From assembly GCA_963659495.1 (NCBI GenBank), contig CAVKTH010000002.1, positions 10,712-74,711 on the forward strand: a stretch of 64,000 nt of DNA. Reading direction: 5' to 3'. Below, piece after piece: positions 19,454-29,041 of the stretch (position 1 is its first letter; every line of letters begins with the position of its first letter). The stretch is from Bacteroidaceae bacterium. GTDB taxonomy: Bacteria > Pseudomonadota > Alphaproteobacteria > RF32 > CAG-239. Below the pieces are notes generated by a model. That model was not told the origin of the DNA and made no database searches. It worked only from the letters and a program-made list of their open reading frames with translations. The position numbers and the translations under genes are program-made.

Positions 19454-20338
19454 CTATTGCAAAACTTCTATAGCCTTAGATATTTTACGGATAGAGTTAA
19501 GCTCTATTTGGCGCACCCGTTCTTTAGAAATGTTATAGGCTTGGCTTAAATCCTCCAAAGTAATGGTTTCATCACTCATGCGGCGCTTAAATAAAATATC
19601 TTTTTCACGCGGGTTTAAAACCGTAATCGCCTGATTGAACAGCTTGCGGCGGTAATTCATGGTTTCTTTATAAGCATAGCGCTCTTCCTGATTGGGCTTG
19701 CCGTCCGAGATAAAATCCATCCATTCCGCCGTATGTTCCGAATCGCTGTCTATAGGCGAATTCAGCGAGCCGTCATGTGCTTTTAAGCGGGTGTTCATAT
19801 CGGTTACTTCCTGCACGCTGACATCCAAAGAACGGGCAATATCTTTCAGGACATCCGATGAAAGCTCGCGGTCATCCATTAAATTCAGGCTGTTTTTAAT
19901 TTTGCGCAGATTAAAAAATAACTTCTTTTGCGCCGCCGTGGTTCCAAGCTTTACCAACGACCACGAATTAAGAATATATTTCTGAACAGAGGCTTTTATC
20001 CACCACAGCGCATAAGTAGAAAATCTGAACCCTTTATCCGGCTCAAACTTATCTATGGCATATAATAAACCGATATTGCCCTCCGAAATCATCTCGCTGA
20101 CCGGCAGCCCGTAGCCTTTATAACGGGAAACCACCTTTACCACCAAGCGCAAATGCGATGTAATCAGCTGATAGGCCACATCCTTATTGCCGGTTTCTTT
20201 ATATTTTGTCGCCAGCGTATATTCTTCTTCCTGCGTCAAAATCGGATATTTTCGGATGTTTTGCAAATATCTGGCTAAGTTAATTTCCGGAGAAAAATCC
20301 ATTCCGGTAAGTGCTGTTAAATTTTCCATTGTCTTCAC
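19454..20338 (-). CDS. rpoH: RNA polymerase sigma-32 (heat-shock sigma factor)
   Basis: The sigma-70 family region 2 (ISEGNIGLLYAIDKFEP), the RpoH box and region 4 are present. Confidence 0.85.
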   Translation of the reverse strand: MKTMENLTALTGMDFSPEINLARYLQNIRKYPILTQEEEYTLATKYKETGNKDVAYQLITSHLRLVVKVVSRYKGYGLPVSEMISEGNIGLLYAIDKFEPDKGFRFSTYALWWIKASVQKYILNSWSLVKLGTTAAQKKLFFNLRKIKNSLNLMDDRELSSDVLKDIARSLDVSVQEVTDMNTRLKAHDGSLNSPIDSDSEHTAEWMDFISDGKPNQEERYAYKETMNYRRKLFNQAITVLNPREKDILFKRRMSDETITLEDLSQAYNISKERVRQIELNSIRKISKAIEVLQ

Positions 20339-20434
20339 TTCCCCTGTTAGTTGTTTAGAAGTATGATATAGATGAAAATTTTAACAAACAACCTATACTT
20401 TAGTTTTAATTTTTAGCTAAATATCAACTAAAGA

Positions 20435-21412
20435 TTAGCAGGCATCCGCTAACTTCTGCAGCAGTTCAGAGATATCTTCCGGCAGTTCTGAATCAAACTG
20501 CATAAACTTTTTTGTTGCCGGATGAACAAAGCCCAAACTCTTGGCGTGCAAGGCTTGGCGCGGAAAATCATTGACATAATTTTTGAGATTTTGAGGCAAA
20601 TTTACGGCAGTTTTACGGTTCTTGACATAGACCTTGTCGCCGACTAAAGCATTGCCTACACTTGTTAGGTGTACGCGAATCTGATGTGTGCGGCCTGTTT
20701 CCAGATTGCATTGCACTAAAGATGCCGCATTTTTAAATACTTGCAGAGTTTTATAGTGTGTAACCGCCGGTTTGCCTCCACTCGTTACTATCGCCATTTT
20801 TTTGCGGTCAGCCGGACTGCGCCCGATATTTCCCTCAATTCGTCCGTTCAGCGGATTCGGCACGCCGTAAACAACTGCTAAATAGGTGCGTTCAATAGAA
20901 TGTTCGGCAAATTGTTCACTCAAAAAGCGGTGGGCGCTGTCATTTTTTGCCACTACCAGCAGCCCGCTGGTTTCGCGGTCTATGCGATGCACAATCCCCG
21001 GACGTTTAACCCCGCCGATTCCCGACAGGCTGTCTTTGCAATGAAAAAGCAAAGCATTTACCAGCGTTCCATGTGAAACGCCCGCCGCCGGATGAACCGT
21101 CATCCCTGCCGGCTTGTTAACCACCAGCAAGTCTTTGTCTTCATAAACAATATCCAGCTGAATATCCTCGGCCGCAGGCTCGGCTTCCGCCGCCGGAGGC
21201 ACGCAGACCGTAAAGCAGTCTCCGGCCTTAATTTTGTATGAATTATCCGAAATAACAACCTCATCTGCCAAAACATTGCCCTCAGAAATCAATCTTTGAA
21301 TCTGCGAGCGGGAAAAATCCGGCAGATTCTGCGCCAAAAATTTATCCAAACGCTGTTTTTCATCGTTTTTAGTAACTTCCGGTGTAGAAAATATTGTGTC
21401 TTCGCTGTTCAT
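20435..21412 (-). CDS. rluD: RluA-family 23S rRNA pseudouridine synthase (RluD-like) with an S4 domain
   Basis: N-terminal S4 domain (RLDKFLAQNLPDFSRSQIQRLI) and catalytic HRIDRETSGLLVVAKN. Confidence 0.8.
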   Translation of the reverse strand: MNSEDTIFSTPEVTKNDEKQRLDKFLAQNLPDFSRSQIQRLISEGNVLADEVVISDNSYKIKAGDCFTVCVPPAAEAEPAAEDIQLDIVYEDKDLLVVNKPAGMTVHPAAGVSHGTLVNALLFHCKDSLSGIGGVKRPGIVHRIDRETSGLLVVAKNDSAHRFLSEQFAEHSIERTYLAVVYGVPNPLNGRIEGNIGRSPADRKKMAIVTSGGKPAVTHYKTLQVFKNAASLVQCNLETGRTHQIRVHLTSVGNALVGDKVYVKNRKTAVNLPQNLKNYVNDFPRQALHAKSLGFVHPATKKFMQFDSELPEDISELLQKLADAC

Positions 21413-21511
21413 TTTTAGCCTTTATTAAGTATCTTTATGTTATAATGTAGCTTAATGAGTCTTACTGTTAAATGCAAGTAAAGATTATGCAGATATTCAG
21501 GAGAAAAAAGT

Positions 21512-22510
21512 ATGTCTGATAGCAACGTTTTAGAAGATGATGATTTTGAAAAACTGTTAGACAGTTTTATTAACGACTCCATGAACGAAGTGGATAGCGA
21601 CACTCCGGCGGCAGAAAAAAGTAGCCCGCTGAAAAACAGCGAGCTTGCTCCAAGCAATGAAGAAGATGATGATGAAGATATAGAGCAGATTGACTATACA
21701 TCTGAACTCAGCCCTGAAGGACAAGCCGTTAATGAAACCATGTCGGATGAAGATTTGGATAAAATGCTGGTTTCTTCCCTGCAAGACGCCAAAGTTGAGG
21801 CACAGGAAACCCACGACCAGCCGATGCTGGGCAATGATGAATCGGAACTGGCTCAAGCCTTTTTGAACTTCTATAACTCCGTAAACAAGCTTTCTATGAC
21901 GCATTTGAACAAGCCTTATCAATGCTTGTTTGAAATTGACGACCTATATCCAAACTATAAACCGAGCATCGGCAAAATTCTGTCTGATGACGTGGTTGCC
22001 GGCTGGGTGCTTTTAACCAAAATGTTTCCGCAGGAAATCGGCAATTTTCCGCTTAACTCTTCAGATGAAGCCTTTTTGAACTTTGCCGAAAAGCTGACTG
22101 ACACCGATTTGCAGCTGGCCGTAATTTCTTATGTAGAAATTTTGATAGATATGGAGGGCTGCGAACTGACCTATCAGGCAAAATTCTTAAAATATCAGGA
22201 AAAGCAAATTAAACGCCTGATGTATGAAGAATATATGGAGCGTAAAGAAAGACAGCGTAAATTTACCGAAGCTTTAGCCGCCAAAAACTTTCCGGTAGAC
22301 GCCGACAAGCTTATCAGCAACTATTTCAGGGTTGCTCAAAAAGATGTTGACGGCGCATTTAAAGCTTTGACGACCAATCCGGCAATTTTTGCGCCGATTG
22401 ATTTCAGCAAAATCAAGCCGCGCTGGTTCGGGCTTTTAAAAGTTACGCCGAAAGACGGCATCCGCGTTAATTTGGAAATCGGTAACTTTTTGAAAAGACT
22501 CAAAGTTTAG
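21512..22510 (+). CDS. Hypothetical acidic protein; first gene of the T4CP-containing operon
   Basis: 332 aa. The N-terminal ~110 aa are Asp/Glu-rich and low-complexity (EEDDDEDIEQIDY), followed by a globular C-terminal domain. No recognised motif. Confidence 0.45.
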   Translation: MSDSNVLEDDDFEKLLDSFINDSMNEVDSDTPAAEKSSPLKNSELAPSNEEDDDEDIEQIDYTSELSPEGQAVNETMSDEDLDKMLVSSLQDAKVEAQETHDQPMLGNDESELAQAFLNFYNSVNKLSMTHLNKPYQCLFEIDDLYPNYKPSIGKILSDDVVAGWVLLTKMFPQEIGNFPLNSSDEAFLNFAEKLTDTDLQLAVISYVEILIDMEGCELTYQAKFLKYQEKQIKRLMYEEYMERKERQRKFTEALAAKNFPVDADKLISNYFRVAQKDVDGAFKALTTNPAIFAPIDFSKIKPRWFGLLKVTPKDGIRVNLEIGNFLKRLKV

Positions 22511-22521
22511 TTAAAAAATAA

Positions 22522-22550
22522 TAGACAAAAATCATTTTATATGGTATATT
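22522..22550 (+). promoter_or_regulatory. Sigma-70-like promoter TAGACA-N17-TATATT, upstream of 22583
   Basis: The -35 and -10 hexamers have 17-nt spacing. A GGAG RBS sits 8 nt before the ATG. Confidence 0.4.
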
Positions 22551-22582
22551 GGCATTAAAGATTAAAAAAAGGAGTATTACTC

Positions 22583-24595
22583 ATGGCAAAAGATGTTCAA
22601 GCGGCTAGAGCAGCAACAGAATTTATGAAAGCGATTGAAAATAAAGAGTCTGACGACAAACTAAAAGCTATTCTGGGAAAAAATCCCAAGCTTTTGGAAT
22701 CTAAAGAGTTTGCTAAAAGAGTTTTCCCTAAAGTCGGCGGCAAAAAGAACATGGGTCTGGTTAGATTGGACAAAATGGTTGAAACCGTTAAAAGAGTAAA
22801 AGGACTTGCCGACAACGGAGCAATTAAGCCGGAACAGCTCAGTTCCTTTTTAGAATTAAAACAGCCGATGACCGGCGAAACTTTTGCCACTTTTACGGCC
22901 AAGCAAGCCGTTGCCGCCTGCGACAAAGCCAATACCGAACGTCCGGAATTGCCGGAAGCTGACCGAAATGTCTTTAAGCAGCATCAAACAGCTTATACTG
23001 CTCAGCTGGAAGAATTAAAAACCTTGGGCGTATCTATGGAAGCCGACCGCGAGGGCTTGACGGTTGAAGAAATTTCCAAAGCCGGAAACATCAAAGATGA
23101 AGACGGCAACTCTCCGGCTATCAGCGGAAAACCGCTATTCAAAGCCCAAACTACTGAGAATCAGCAAAGCCAGACCGACCAAGCAGCGCTGCAGGTAAAT
23201 GTAGCAGCAAATGAAGAGGGGCTGGAAGTCGGCGGCGAAGAAAAAGAGGCCTTAAAAGTTAAAGTTGCTGAAAAACCGGTAAAAGTTAATGTTCAGCCTA
23301 AGAAAAAAGAAGAAGAGGAAGATATTAACGAAGCAACGGTTGAAGACGCTCCGGAAGACGATAAAAGCAAAAATAATTATCAGGGCGACAAAATCGGAGA
23401 ACGAGATATTATTGACTATATGTACAATGAATGGTTCTTGGCCGCGGCAAGCGCGGGACTTAACTATCTTGTAAGCAAAGCCTGCGACGGCGTGGACTAT
23501 TTGTGCGACAAAAGCGACCGCCGGATGAAAAAAGCCCAAAAAGAAAAAGAAGAAAAGAAACAGGAAAAAGTCAGCGACTTCAAAAAGAACGGCGAATACT
23601 TGCTGGGCGGTGCTGTTACCAGCCTGAAAGACGGCTATGCCGCCTCTAAAAACCAAAGATTTGCCATGTGGAAAGACATTAACGATAACCTAGGCAAAGA
23701 CCCGCAGACATGGACAGCTTTTGACCCTACCAAGCCGAAAGATAAAAAATTTATTGATATGGTAAATCAAGAATATAAACAAAATCCGCAGGCCTGCATG
23801 GATAAAGTCAAAACCACTATCAAAAATTATGACAAGACCGAAAAATTTGCCGCTACCGTTTACGGCTTAGGCGTTGAAATGGCTGCAGTTGAAATGGCTT
23901 ATGAGGGAATGGATAACGGCCGTTTAACCCGCGCTGCAAAGTTTAAATGGAATCTCGGCGATTTAACTGCGGCGGATATTGATAAAAAACTAAGCAAAAA
24001 AGCTACTGAAAAAGCTAAAGAAATCCAAGAAACCCTTGAAAACGCTAATTTAGCGATAGAGCTTAAATCGGCAAGAGAGGGGATTACCGATAAAGAAGCG
24101 ATTAAAGCCAAACAAGCAGAATTCACAGCAGCTTATTTAGGTAAATTGGCTCAGCAAACCATTGACTGCAAAACCAATCTGGCAAATGATTTGGAAAAAG
24201 GCAACTTTAACTATGCCCGCTACGGCAAAAATGACAAAATGCTGGACAGCGGCGTGTCTAATGAAACCATTAAGAGTTATAAAAACATGCAGAAATTATC
24301 AAATCTTGACAAGCTCGGCGATGCAATATTGGCCAAAACCCATAAGCAAATTGTTTCTTACGACCTGAAATCAGACGCTAAAGAACGTTTTTCGCCGTCG
24401 GCTCTGGACGGAATCAACAGCCAGTTCAGCCAGACCATGGCAAGCAACAAATACTCGCAGGAGCAAAACCAGTCCCGCAAAGAAAAATTGTCGCAATGGA
24501 AAGAAAAAGTTCTGAACAGCAACAAATTTGAAAAGGTTATGGATAACAGCAACCATGTGTTCAATCAAATTCTGGTTCAATCGCGGAGCCGCTAA
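22583..24595 (+). CDS. Hypothetical 670-aa Lys/Glu-rich protein
   Basis: Good RBS. No recognisable domain. Long predicted helical and charged segments. Confidence 0.5.
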   Translation: MAKDVQAARAATEFMKAIENKESDDKLKAILGKNPKLLESKEFAKRVFPKVGGKKNMGLVRLDKMVETVKRVKGLADNGAIKPEQLSSFLELKQPMTGETFATFTAKQAVAACDKANTERPELPEADRNVFKQHQTAYTAQLEELKTLGVSMEADREGLTVEEISKAGNIKDEDGNSPAISGKPLFKAQTTENQQSQTDQAALQVNVAANEEGLEVGGEEKEALKVKVAEKPVKVNVQPKKKEEEEDINEATVEDAPEDDKSKNNYQGDKIGERDIIDYMYNEWFLAAASAGLNYLVSKACDGVDYLCDKSDRRMKKAQKEKEEKKQEKVSDFKKNGEYLLGGAVTSLKDGYAASKNQRFAMWKDINDNLGKDPQTWTAFDPTKPKDKKFIDMVNQEYKQNPQACMDKVKTTIKNYDKTEKFAATVYGLGVEMAAVEMAYEGMDNGRLTRAAKFKWNLGDLTAADIDKKLSKKATEKAKEIQETLENANLAIELKSAREGITDKEAIKAKQAEFTAAYLGKLAQQTIDCKTNLANDLEKGNFNYARYGKNDKMLDSGVSNETIKSYKNMQKLSNLDKLGDAILAKTHKQIVSYDLKSDAKERFSPSALDGINSQFSQTMASNKYSQEQNQSRKEKLSQWKEKVLNSNKFEKVMDNSNHVFNQILVQSRSR

Positions 24596-24597
24596 AA

Positions 24598-25086
24598 ATG
24601 GTTAAAAAAAGTCTTCATTACCTTTGCGTGCTGATTGCCGGCGCTTTATGGAGCGCAGCTCTGCTGCTGCTGTATTGGCAGGTATTTTTGTTTTGCTATC
24701 AGATAAACATTCTTTCGCTGCACACCTATGCTTCTATCCGCAACTACTGGAATGACGGCGGCGTGCTGAAATCCGGCGATATCTTTATGCTTTTGGGCAT
24801 ATTCTCCTATCTGCCGATAGTTCTGCTGGGCTGGAGAGTGCTGGCAAAATACAAATACATGAATCTGATTATGAAACCGCTCAGCTGGTTTGCCAACCGC
24901 GGACTGGATAAATATAGCGGCGGAATGCCTGAAGTAAACATCAAAAACCTGAAAATTGAGGAGAAAAAGACCATAGAACAACTGGTGCAAGAACGTATTG
25001 AGCTGGAAAATAAAAAGAATCCGCAGGCTAATTCGGCCGAATTCCGTAAAGAAATTGTTGAAAAGATAGAAAATGAAATCAATTAA
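24598..25086 (+). CDS. Hypothetical membrane protein (two TM helices plus a charged coiled tail)
   Basis: Its N-terminal topology, including a Trp-rich GW motif, resembles the next ORF. Starts 3 nt after the preceding stop. Confidence 0.45.
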   Translation: MVKKSLHYLCVLIAGALWSAALLLLYWQVFLFCYQINILSLHTYASIRNYWNDGGVLKSGDIFMLLGIFSYLPIVLLGWRVLAKYKYMNLIMKPLSWFANRGLDKYSGGMPEVNIKNLKIEEKKTIEQLVQERIELENKKNPQANSAEFRKEIVEKIENEIN

Positions 25087-25140
25087 CACTCTCTTTATAA
25101 ATTTGTTTTATACTGACAAGAAAAAAATGGAGTAAGACGG

Positions 25141-26637
25141 GTGAAATCCTTAATTGTCTTTGCAAGAATACTTATCGTGGGGTGCCTATGGAGCATAGTC
25201 TTCATAGAGGGCATCCGCGTGATTATGCTCTGCAACTGGCATTTTGATATTTTTTGGCCCGACCATTGGCGCCAAGCTTACGCGCTTTGGAAAGCGGGCT
25301 GGGTTATCCGCGCGCCGAAAGAATGGGCTTTTGTGATTATTCTCGTAACCTTTTTCCCTATGCTTATTACCGGCTGGTGGACGCTGTGCATGGTGGCTTG
25401 GGAACGCATTATTTATGATATTATAACATCGCCGCTGGCTTTGTACCGCCGCCTGATTAAAACTCCGCTTAACGTTATGAAAACAAACAACAAATACGGC
25501 GTAGTAAAGAGAAAATCATATAAACAAATCAGACCGGCGGGAGTGGGCTTCAGAATGCCGATTTCCGATTATGCCGACAACAAATCGGCGGCTCCGGTAA
25601 CGGCAGGCGTCGGCGGCAGTGCGGTTTTGCCGTCTCAGGTACGGCCTACCGCGGCTCCGGCAGCTCCGGCTGCGGCTAAAACCGCTAAAAAAACTGATAT
25701 TCCGTCAGCTATAGACCATGCGCTGTTCAAATTTGACGATGACGACGATGATTTTGATTTAGACATAGATTCTTTTGAAAAAGCCGATATTCTAAAGAAA
25801 AAAGAACCGGCAAAAGCTAAAAAGCCGGTCTTTGATGACGAGGATGATGAAGAAGACAATATTCCGCCGCGTAAAAATAAGCGCGACACGGATAATAGCT
25901 CTAAGCGTGCGGCTAAAAAGCCGATTTTTGACGATGATGAAGATGAAGAGGACGAAGATTTCCAGCCGCGCAGCAACAATCGCCGCAATAAAAATGACCG
26001 CAGCAGCGATAACAGCGGCAAAGACCAGCGGCAGAAAAATAAACAAAACCGCGATGACTCCCGCGGCGACAAGCCAAACCGCAATAACAAGCAAAACAAC
26101 AGCGGCGCTGACGATGATTCCGGCGAAAACAGCACGCCGCGCAGTCCGGTTTATGACAGCCTGCAGCAAAAAGGCTATGATGTTATTGCCGGCGTAAATG
26201 TCAACAATACGCTTATAGACTTTGTCGGCGTTTCGGATACGGAAATCTGCCTGTGCTTGGTGGATAAAGAAAACGGCGACTGGCTGGCTGATGAAGAATT
26301 GTTTAACGGCGAAGAGCCGCTTTGGTTTTCTGAAAACAGCCACAGAATTTCACCGGTGCGCAAATTAGATGTTGCACGCAATATAATTCGTGATAAACTG
26401 GCGGAAGAAGATTTTGAACAAGAAATCAAATCGTATGTGGTTGTACAGATGGCTAACATCATCAACGCCGATGATATGTTTGAAATTTGGAACAAAATGG
26501 ATATTGAAGTAACCCGCATCAACCGCGGCGCGCCTAAAGAAATTCATTTGTTTTCTAAATCTCTGGATGATGCCGACGGACAAATTGACCGCAAAGAACT
26601 CAACCGCCTGCGCAAGATTTTAAAAAGTATTAAGTAG
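25141..26637 (+). CDS. Hypothetical membrane protein with a highly charged low-complexity linker
   Basis: N-terminal TM helices, then DDDDDDFDLD and KKPVFDDEDDEEDN / KKPIFDDDEDEEDED tandem repeats, then a globular C-terminal domain. Its position immediately upstream of the T4CP suggests a DotM/IcmP-like partner. Confidence 0.45.
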   Translation: MKSLIVFARILIVGCLWSIVFIEGIRVIMLCNWHFDIFWPDHWRQAYALWKAGWVIRAPKEWAFVIILVTFFPMLITGWWTLCMVAWERIIYDIITSPLALYRRLIKTPLNVMKTNNKYGVVKRKSYKQIRPAGVGFRMPISDYADNKSAAPVTAGVGGSAVLPSQVRPTAAPAAPAAAKTAKKTDIPSAIDHALFKFDDDDDDFDLDIDSFEKADILKKKEPAKAKKPVFDDEDDEEDNIPPRKNKRDTDNSSKRAAKKPIFDDDEDEEDEDFQPRSNNRRNKNDRSSDNSGKDQRQKNKQNRDDSRGDKPNRNNKQNNSGADDDSGENSTPRSPVYDSLQQKGYDVIAGVNVNNTLIDFVGVSDTEICLCLVDKENGDWLADEELFNGEEPLWFSENSHRISPVRKLDVARNIIRDKLAEEDFEQEIKSYVVVQMANIINADDMFEIWNKMDIEVTRINRGAPKEIHLFSKSLDDADGQIDRKELNRLRKILKSIK

Positions 26638-26645
26638 AGGATAAA

Positions 26646-28862
26646 ATGGCACTAAAAGAACGTGGAGAAGAATGGAAAGAATATGACAGCGCCGTCCGCT
26701 GGATGATGATTACTTTTCTTATTTGTCTGGGCTTAACGATTTTCCTCTTTATTTTTGCCCTGCCTTTGTCATATTTGGTCGGTCACGGCGTTTCTAAAGC
26801 CTCTTTTGAGATGATAAATAAGTTTTTGGCCACGATTGTAGACAATCCCGGACATTTATGGGCTATGTACCTGAAATGGTTTAAGCAGCTCATCCGCTAC
26901 AACGGCTCTTTTTCGCTCAGCTTATGGCTGCCGCTGCTGCCGTTTATCACTATTCCGGTGGGTTTGATTGTCGGTGCTTTGCTCAGTCCGTATAAATTCC
27001 AAGTCAACACCCAAGGTTCGGCGCGAATCGCCGAATTACGCGACATTAACAAGATGGCTTTGCTCGGATTTGACGGTTTCTGTCAGGTTGTGGGCAAATT
27101 CAAAGGTCGCTTTTTAATGCTGAAAGAAACCTTGGCCACCCTGTGCTGCGCTCCTCCGGGTACCGGTAAAACCGCCGGCGTGGTTATTCCGACAATTTTT
27201 AACTCGGCCAAGCTGAGCATTATTGTAAACGACCCGAAACCGGAGCTTTGCTATTCTACCAGCGGCGCCCGCGCCAAAGTAGGTCCGGTGTTTATCATCA
27301 ACTGGGGTGCCGAAGATAACCCGAGCGAGGGTATTTATTACCCAAGCTGGAATCCGCTGTCGCCGAACTCCATGCCGGAAGCCGGTCCGGACCGCGATAT
27401 GTATGTGGATTCTATGTGCAATATTTTGGTGGAAGACCCTAAGGGCGGCGCAGACCCGCACTGGGCTAACACCGGCCGTGCCGCACTAACCGGCTTTATT
27501 AACTTTGTGGCCTCTAAATGCGACCGCGCCCGCGCCAATGACTATTTTATCGGGCGTATTTATGAGGGCAAGCTGGACGCCAAAGATAAAGAGATTTTGG
27601 AGGGCTATTATATGGAGATGCGCGATCCGGCGGCTCCGCGCGCCATTCAAAACCTGAAAAACGGCACTTTAACTATGGAAAACTATCTGCCTATCGGTAC
27701 TTGGAACCTGCTGCCGTCGCGCTGGATGGGACGCGAAGCCTGCATTGCCATGATTATGGAATGGATTACCGAAGCGCAGATTAACGCCGCTCAAGAAATT
27801 CAGCGCCGTATGGACGAGGGCGATCAAATGGCGGCCATGGCCGACCCGACGCATGATATGCTGGAAGAAGCCGTGAAAGAAGCCCGCAACTTTGGTTATT
27901 CGCAGCGCTGTATCACAGAATTAAGCTCACTCAGCAGTATGCCGGATAAGGAGCGCGGCTCTGTGCTTTCTACCGCTTTTGCCGGTATCGGCTGCTTTAA
28001 GAACCAAGCCGTAAAAGCCCGCACCAGCTTTTCGGATATTCAGTTCCGCGACTTGCGCGGTATGAAAGATCCGGTTACCGGCGAATGGAAACCGATTTCG
28101 GTTTATTTGTCCGTAAACCAAGTAGATGCGCGCGCTTTGGGCGTTATCAGCAGTACGTTTATTGAGCTTATGTCGTCCTACCTGATTTCTAACCCGCCTA
28201 ACCACGTTAATAAAACCGACGGTAAAATGGGACCTTTCCCGACATTGTTCATTCTGGACGAGTTCCCGCAAATGCCGAAAATGAAAGCTATTATTGACGG
28301 TCCGGCCGTAGGCCGCGGTCAGAAAGTGTCATATTTGCTGATTGGACAAGACTTAGGACAAATCTCCGGCAAATATGGTAAAGATGACTTGGAAACGGTG
28401 ATCTCTACCACCGCCTGCAAGATTATTCTTTCACAAAACAACGAGGTTACAGCTCAGCGCTTTTCTAAGATGATCGGCAACAAGACCGTACAGGTTTCGT
28501 CATTCAGCCGAACAGAGGGCAGCTTGGGCAAGGACTTTAACCCGCTGGCTAAGAATGTTAACTATCAAATGCAGGGCGTGCCGGTTATCAGCGCTACTCA
28601 GCTGCTGAGCTTGCCGTTGCTGAAGCAAGTTATCTTGATGCAAAGTTACATTGACCGCCCGATTATGGCAGATTCGCCGCGTTATTATCTTGACCCGAAA
28701 ATGCGTAAGTTGGCTAAGCTTCCGCCTTGCCCGAATGTTCCGGATTGGATTGTGGCGCAGCGTGAAGACATCAACGACGACATGCTGGCTAAGCTCGGAA
28801 TTGAGTATAATCCTGACGAAGAAGATAATGACAGCTTTGAGGCGGATACACCGCAAGCATAA
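26646..28862 (+). CDS. Type IV secretion coupling protein (VirD4/TraG/DotL family)
   Basis: 738 aa with N-terminal TM helices, Walker A CCAPPGTGKTAGVVIPT and Walker B LFILDEFPQMPKM. The acidic C-terminal tail ends ...NPDEEDNDSFEADTPQA. Confidence 0.85.
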   Translation: MALKERGEEWKEYDSAVRWMMITFLICLGLTIFLFIFALPLSYLVGHGVSKASFEMINKFLATIVDNPGHLWAMYLKWFKQLIRYNGSFSLSLWLPLLPFITIPVGLIVGALLSPYKFQVNTQGSARIAELRDINKMALLGFDGFCQVVGKFKGRFLMLKETLATLCCAPPGTGKTAGVVIPTIFNSAKLSIIVNDPKPELCYSTSGARAKVGPVFIINWGAEDNPSEGIYYPSWNPLSPNSMPEAGPDRDMYVDSMCNILVEDPKGGADPHWANTGRAALTGFINFVASKCDRARANDYFIGRIYEGKLDAKDKEILEGYYMEMRDPAAPRAIQNLKNGTLTMENYLPIGTWNLLPSRWMGREACIAMIMEWITEAQINAAQEIQRRMDEGDQMAAMADPTHDMLEEAVKEARNFGYSQRCITELSSLSSMPDKERGSVLSTAFAGIGCFKNQAVKARTSFSDIQFRDLRGMKDPVTGEWKPISVYLSVNQVDARALGVISSTFIELMSSYLISNPPNHVNKTDGKMGPFPTLFILDEFPQMPKMKAIIDGPAVGRGQKVSYLLIGQDLGQISGKYGKDDLETVISTTACKIILSQNNEVTAQRFSKMIGNKTVQVSSFSRTEGSLGKDFNPLAKNVNYQMQGVPVISATQLLSLPLLKQVILMQSYIDRPIMADSPRYYLDPKMRKLAKLPPCPNVPDWIVAQREDINDDMLAKLGIEYNPDEEDNDSFEADTPQA

Positions 28863-28877
28863 GTTACTGATTTTGCA

Positions 28878-28912
28878 AACCGTCGTTTATCAGCGGCGGT
28901 TTTTACTTTTTT
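28878..28912 (+). terminator. Intrinsic terminator after the T4CP gene
   Basis: aaaccgtcgtttatcagcggcggttttt forms the stem accgtcg/cggcggt (one G·U wobble) followed by a T-run. Confidence 0.5.
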
Positions 28913-28918
28913 ATGTAT

Positions 28919-29041
28919 TTTGAAAAAAGAAATTGCCGATAAATTGAAAATTGCCGAGGGAACAGTTAAATCAAGACTGTTTAACGCACGCAAAATATTA
29001 GCTCAAAAATTAAGTTTTTTAAGGGAGAATAATCATGAATA
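28919..29041 (+). pseudogene. Remnant of an ECF sigma-factor gene (region 4 only)
   Basis: Translates LKKEIADKLKIAEGTVKSRLFNARKILAQKL, which matches the sigma-70 region 4.2 helix-turn-helix of RpoE-like ECF sigma factors. No regions 2 or 3 are present upstream; the T4CP terminator lies there instead. Confidence 0.45.

Noticed and set aside
25635-26343. Antisense ORFs (166 and 183 aa) opposite the charged linker of ORF 25141-26637
   Set aside because: Low-complexity Ser/Leu/Ala-rich translations produced by the GA-rich coding repeat on the other strand. No start context.
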